Below are positions 58,651-64,000 of a stretch of 64,000 nt of DNA, piece after piece. Under the pieces are notes generated by a model, which was given only the letters and a program-made list of their open reading frames with translations, had not been told where the DNA came from and made no database searches. The position numbers and the translations under genes are program-made. The DNA comes from Scyliorhinus canicula (taxonomy: Eukaryota), in contig NC_052162.1 of NCBI RefSeq assembly GCF_902713615.1, positions 55,055,990-55,119,989 on the forward strand, written 5' to 3'. Positions within the stretch are counted from its first letter, which is position 1. Each line of letters opens with the position of its first letter.

Positions 58651-58894
58651 GTAACCAGCATTATTACAGGCGTATAGAACAAGGTTAATCTTTGATCTGA
58701 TCAGCTAATGTGTTTCCTTGTGTCTGTGGGCATGATAATTCTATTCCCCCATTGGCGAAATGTTGACTAGCCTAATTGATTTGCTAGGCGTGGATCACAA
58801 TATGAGACAGACCAATGTTCTAGTGATGTCTTCATTTCAAACCTCTCTGCGGGGTAGACAGCCTCCTATTCAAACTTGCCGACGACAGAAAGAT

Positions 58895-59180
58895 CATAGA
58901 ATCCCCACAGTGCAGAAGGAGGCCTTTCAGCCCATCGTGTCTGCACCCACCCTCTGAAAGACCACCTCACCTGAGCCCATAACCCTACCTACCCTCCACA
59001 TCCCTGGAAGCTATGGTGTAATTTTATCATGGCCAATCCACCTAACCTGCTCATCTTTGGACTGTGGGAGGAAACCCACGGGGAGAGTGTGCAAACTCCA
59101 CACAGACAGGCATCCAAGGCGGGAATTGAACCCGGGTCTCTGGCGCAGTGAGGCAGCAGTACCAACCACTGTGCCACCCA
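58895..59180 (-). mobile_element. HE1-like V-SINE
   Basis: Head, core and tail on -. Confidence 0.8.
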
Positions 59181-60039
59181 TAAAATAAGTAGAGAGAGAA
59201 GCACAACATTATAAAGCAATATTGATACATTACATGAATGGATTTCAGTGTGTAAGCAAATGTGAGATCACCCACTTTGGACTTAAAAGGAATAGAGATT
59301 TGGGTTCTTTCCATATGTTGTAAAGCTAAAATTGGTGACGATCCAAAGTGTCTTGGGGATGCAGGTAAATAGATAATTAAAATGTAGTGCACAGAAAAAT
59401 AATCAAAAAACAAATAAACATGATGCTGGCTTTTATACCTGGAAGACTAGGGTGGCAGTCATGGTTCAGGTATCCAAGGTCATGTTAAACCCCTGTGAGT
59501 AGTCCTGTGTGCTACAGCTTAGGAATGATATATTGAACTTGGAGGGAGTGAAGTGTTGGTTGCTTATAATGGTACCTGTACTCCAAGGCTTAATTAGGAG
59601 GAGATGACACAAACAAGTGTTATATTTTCTGGAGTTTAGAAGGATAATTTGACCAAAAACATCAAGGGGAACAGATAGGGCAGATAAAGGGAAACTGTTC
59701 CCATTGGTAGGTAACCCCAGACTGGGGAACATTGTCTAAAAATCAGAGCTAGACCATTTAGAAATTAAATTAGGAAATGTATCTACATACAAAGGGTGGG
59801 GGAAATTTGCAACTCTCTTTCGCAAATATCAATAGATCAATTAAATTTTTTACCTGAAATTGATGGTTTTTGTTATCCGAAGGGATGGGTGTGCAAGTAT
59901 ATGAAGTTAAATGGGAGACCAGCCACAATCTCATTGAAAGGTGGTACAGATTTGAGGTACTAAATGACCTGCACCCCTGTACCAATTTTCTCCTGTTCCT
60001 ACATCCACTCCTAATCAGAGTCCAAAACATTTGCTATAT

Positions 60040-60245
60040 TCCCAAATCACCATAGGCTGCTCTCCCCTTTTGAGGGGAAGAGCTGACTGGTGGTGATTTA
60101 ACCTGAGGATCACCGTACCTCACGCAAGGGGCAATGTTGAGAAGGCGGGGCCTTCATGAATAACCTCAGCTAGTACAGGGATTGAACCCACGTTGTTGGC
60201 TTGCTCTGCACCACAAACCAGCTGTCCAGCTAACTGAGCTACCCC
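60040..60245 (-). mobile_element. tRNA-derived SINE (different family)
   Basis: tagctcagttagc A box and ggttcaatccc B box on -; related fragment at about 33330-33445. Confidence 0.65.
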
Positions 60246-61410
60246 CCCCCCCCCCCCCCCAGCACCCTCCCCCCCACCCCCTCCCCAACCAGCTCCCAGA
60301 AACTTGAATTGTGTCTTGAACCCAAAATTGGACTGGTCTAAGCCGAGGTCATTAGCCCCTTCGGGAGATGCTGTTACCGTATATGGAGGAGATGTTTGGT
60401 TGAGGGGAGGAGAGGGGGGGGGGGGGGGGGAGGGGGGGGGGCAGTTCCACGGTGGGTTATGCACCCTGGGGGTAAGGAATTTTCTTTTTTCTCCCCAGTA
60501 CATATTCAAGAATAGATTTTCTCCTCTGCCTGGGGTGAGGAAAGCTGAATACACGGCGATAGTCATCTCAGACCATACTTCACATCAAGTAGATTTGGTA
60601 TAAGAAATAGGTTTGATTCAGCGTCCAGCATGGAGGTTGGATGTGGAGTTATTGGCGGATTTGGGATTCAGTGGACTGGTATCGAGGCCAATAGATGAGT
60701 GTATGGGAATGGGTCAGTCTTCCCCTCAGTTCTGTGGGAGGCCCTGACGTCAGTGATTAGGGGGGAGGTAATTTTGCACAAAGCGCATATGGATAGAGTG
60801 GCAGGCTGGTGTCCGCTACAGACAAAGTTAATGAAGCATTTGAAATGCTCCATAAGCATCTTTACAGGTTGGAGCGCCGAGAGGGGGTGGGGGGAAGGAA
60901 GAGTTTTTGAGGCCTTGCAGTTTCTGAGGTGTGGAAGAGTGTGAAGGTTGTAGCGGCTGTTGGATACACAGGAGATCTTGACAGCAAGTAGGCGGGTGCA
61001 GACAGGTAAGAGGGGGGGGGGGCTGGAGGAAGGAAGAGTTTTTGAGGCCTTACAGTTTCTGAGGTGTGGGAGGAGGGTGTAGGCGGGTGCAAACAGGTAA
61101 GGCCCCGGGACCAGACAGGTTCCCAGTAAAATTCTACAAGAGGTTTGCGAGTCAGCTGGTGCTGTTATTAGTGTGGATATACGAGGACTCAGTGACACGA
61201 GGCTCCCTGCCTGAGACGTTGATGCAAGCATTAATTTCACTTTTATTAAAAAAAGGATAAGGACCCTGTGGAATGTGGGTTGTACTGCCCTATTCTCTAC
61301 TCCTTATTATTATTATTATTATTTATTAATAATAATGTGGATGCCAAGATATTGGCCAAGGTGTTAGCACTGATGCTGGAACCATGTCTTCCTCACGTTA
61401 ACGGGGAAGA

Positions 61411-61638
61411 GGGCAGCACGGTGGCGCAGTGGTAGCACTGCAGTCTCACAGCGCCGAGGACCCAGGGTCGATCCCGGCTCTGGGTCACTCTCCATGTGGA
61501 GTTTGCACATTCTCCCTGTATTTGCGTGGGTTTCGCCCCCACAACCCAAAGATGTGCAAGGTAGGTGGATTGGCCACGCTAAATTACCCCTTAATTGGAA
61601 AAAGAATTATTGGGTACTCTAAATTTATTTTAAGAAAA
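61411..61638 (+). mobile_element. Short V-SINE with A-rich tail and TSD
   Basis: Flanked by gttaacgg(g/c)gaa repeats. Confidence 0.8.
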
Positions 61639-61689
61639 GTTAACGGCGAAAATCAGCCGTGAATTTCCAAAGGCAGGAAGTTCAAAGAA

Positions 61690-61873
61690 TCATAGAATTT
61701 ACAATACAGAAGAGGCCATTCGGCCCATCGAGTCTGCACCGGCCCTTGGAAAGAGCACTCTACATAAGGCAACACCTCCACCCTATCCCCGTAACCCAGT
61801 AACCCCACCTTACCTTTTTGGACACAAAGGGCAATTTAGAATGGCCAATCCACCTAACCTGCACATCTTTGGA
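61690..61873 (-). mobile_element. HE1-like SINE, 3' half
   Basis: Tail and partial core. Confidence 0.8.
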
Positions 61874-62803
61874 ATGTCATACAATGTGCGCCGATTGCTA
61901 AGCGTGGTGCTTTCCCCATCTATGGGGTCTGTTGCAGAGGTAATCGTCACATTAGATGACAAGGCATTTGATAGGGTAGAATGGGGGGTATCTTTTTTTG
62001 CAATCTTGGAGCAGGTTGGGTTAGGTCCCACTTTTGTGTCGTGGATACAACTGTTGTACAAGGCCCCAACAACTAGTGTCTGCACAAAAACCATAAACTT
62101 GGGGTACTTCCAATTAAATAGGGGAGCGAGGCATGGGTGCCCTATGTTCTCCCCCCCCCCCCCCCCCCTCCCCCCTTGTTTGCATTGGCAATAGAGGCTT
62201 TGGCCATTGCCTTGAGGGTTTCAGATTGGTGGAGTTGGATAGTGAGGGGAGGGGTGGAGCATAGGGTGTCTGATGATCTCTTACTTTATGTGACAGACCC
62301 GGTCCCCAGCAAAAGCGACATAATGGAACTTCTGAGGTGTTTTGGCTATTTTTCAGGGTACAAGTTAAACTTGGGAAAGAAATGAGTGCTTTCGTAAATC
62401 CCCTGGGGAGGGGAGTTAATCTGGGGGGGGGTGGGGCTAGCTTTTCATATGGCTGGTTCCAGGTCCAAGTAGCTCTGGATTGGGCTCGTCTCTGTGAACT
62501 GAACTATCTGAAGTTTGGTTGGTAGAGTCAAGGCCGATCTGCAATCTTCACCTTTGGTCTTTGGTGGGTAGGGTTCAGTCAATCAAAATTAAAATTTTGC
62601 CAAGAGTTTTATTTTTGTTCCAGTTATTTCCGGTCTTTCTCCCTAAATCCTTTTTTGGGGGAGTTGAAAAGTTGATTACATTCTTTACATGGGCGGGCAA
62701 GACGAGGAGGATTCGTAGGGCAATCCTTCAAAGGGATAGACAGTCAGGGGACCTTATATTTTACCACTGGGCAGCTAATGCGGAGAAGGTGTTGGGTTGG
62801 CAC

Positions 62804-63203
62804 CAGCGCCGGCTCTAGGGTTGCTGGCGCCCCGGGCAAGGTGAACTTCGGCGCCCTTGGGGGGGGGGGGGGGGGGGGGGGGGCCGGGGGCGGGGCCGGG
62901 GCCGGGGGGGGCGGGGGGGGGCCGAGGAGGGGCGGACCCGAGGGGGGCGGACCCAAGGGGGGGGGCGGACGCGGGGGGCGGGCGGACCCGAGGGTGGGGC
63001 GGGGGGGGCAGACCCGAGGGGGGCGGGGGGGAAGCGGGGGGGCGGACCGAGCCGGGGGGCCGCCCTGGGGGCGGGCGGCCATCGCGCATGCGCTGGTTGG
63101 CACCGGCCCAACTGCGCATGCGCGGGACCCGAGTCTCTGGCGCCCCCAAGCACATGGCGCCCCGGGCAACAGCCCGAGTTGCCGGTGCCTTGAGCCGGCC
63201 CTG
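62804..63203. mobile_element. Non-autonomous hAT-type DNA transposon (400 bp, very G-rich)
   Basis: 8-bp TSD GTTGGCAC (62796-62803 / 63204-63211); TIRs CAGCGCCGGCTCTAGG / CCTTGAGCCGGCCCTG. Confidence 0.88.
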
Positions 63204-63822
63204 GTTGGCACAGTGATCTGGGAGCCACCGAGGTGAAGGTGGAATCAAAGTCATGCATAGGAACTGGTCTGTGGGCATTAGCGACGGCCTCGCTGCTGTT
63301 CTCATCAGCAGAATATTCGGTAAATACAGTGTTGTGTCCACTTTGAAGATATGGTCACTTCCGACAGCATCTTAAATTGGGGCCAAAGTCGAAGCTGGCT
63401 CCCATTTGTGTGAACCATCTGTTCCAGCCTGCGAGGCTGGGTGCCACTTTTGGGGGGGTGGGATGGGAAGGGAAGGGGCTGGATAGAGTGGGTGATTTGT
63501 TCTTGGAGGGGTGGTTTGCCAGTCTGGAAGAACGGTCGGAAAGGTTTGGGCTCTCACATTCAGACTTATTCAGATATTTACAAATTCACAGTTTTGCGAA
63601 ACAGGTTTTACTGTCATCTCCGTGGTGCCACCAACCTCTCTTATGGATGATTGAATATTTTTCCACAGACACTTTTAAATTCAGGTTCTGATCAATCGAG
63701 TAGGTGATGACTGGTTTGAGATTTCCGCCTTCAAACCCTGATCTTCAAATATCCTGTTTAAAAAAAAAATTCAACAGTGTCATTCCAGAATAGAAATTAA
63801 GCCACAAACACTCGCCATGATT

Positions 63823-64000
63823 TATAATCTTTATTAGTGTCAAAAGTAGGCTTACATTAACACTGCAATGAAATTACCGTGAAAAGCCCCTCGTTGCCAC
63901 ATTCCAGCGCCTGTTCGGGAACACTGAGGGAGAATTCAGAATGTCCAATTCACCTAACAATCATGTCTTTCGGGACTTGTGGGAGGAAACCTGAGCACCC
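63823..64000 (-). mobile_element. V-SINE, (att)n-tail type, cut by the window end
   Basis: Tail and core on -. Confidence 0.8.

Larger units (their letters stand above)
60300..63640 (+). mobile_element. Degenerate L1/Tx1 ORF2 carrying nested SINEs and a hAT element
   Basis: GKAPGPDRFPVKFYK, LDDKAFDRVEW, RGARHGCP, DDLLLYV, GYKLNLGK motifs, with many frameshifts. Confidence 0.85.

Noticed and set aside
62744-63341. Several Gly/Pro-rich ORFs
   Set aside because: Stop-free GC-rich MITE sequence; no transposase similarity.

Overview
Vertebrate genomic DNA, most likely a cartilaginous fish (shark), judged from the dense HE1/V-SINE-like and SacSINE1-like SINEs and CR1-type LINE tails. Three host genes lie on the + strand: a complete 11-coding-exon cyclin B3 (ccnb3, 15765-37668, 420 aa), a complete 3-exon mitochondrial methionyl-tRNA synthetase (mars2, 45669-49192, 596 aa), and the first coding exon of rab33a (58393-58650). 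Most of the rest is transposon-derived: Mag-like Gypsy LTR retrotransposons and solo LTRs, ERV-like solo LTRs, a young palindromic Penelope-like element carrying two minimal hammerhead ribozymes, L1/Tx1, CR1 and RTE LINE fragments, many SINEs, and a G-rich non-autonomous hAT element. The most notable signals are: (1) a Gypsy element with no tRNA primer-binding site, whose PBS is instead a perfect 13-nt complement of its own LTR, beside a covarying U5 hairpin (candidate self-priming); (2) the hammerhead-bearing Penelope palindrome; (3) an exact 42-bp-phased CCAAT/NRF1-like array in the mars2 promoter; (4) an intron-containing mars2 linked to two genes that are X-linked in humans. Repeat boundaries are approximate unless a target-site duplication (TSD) is given.
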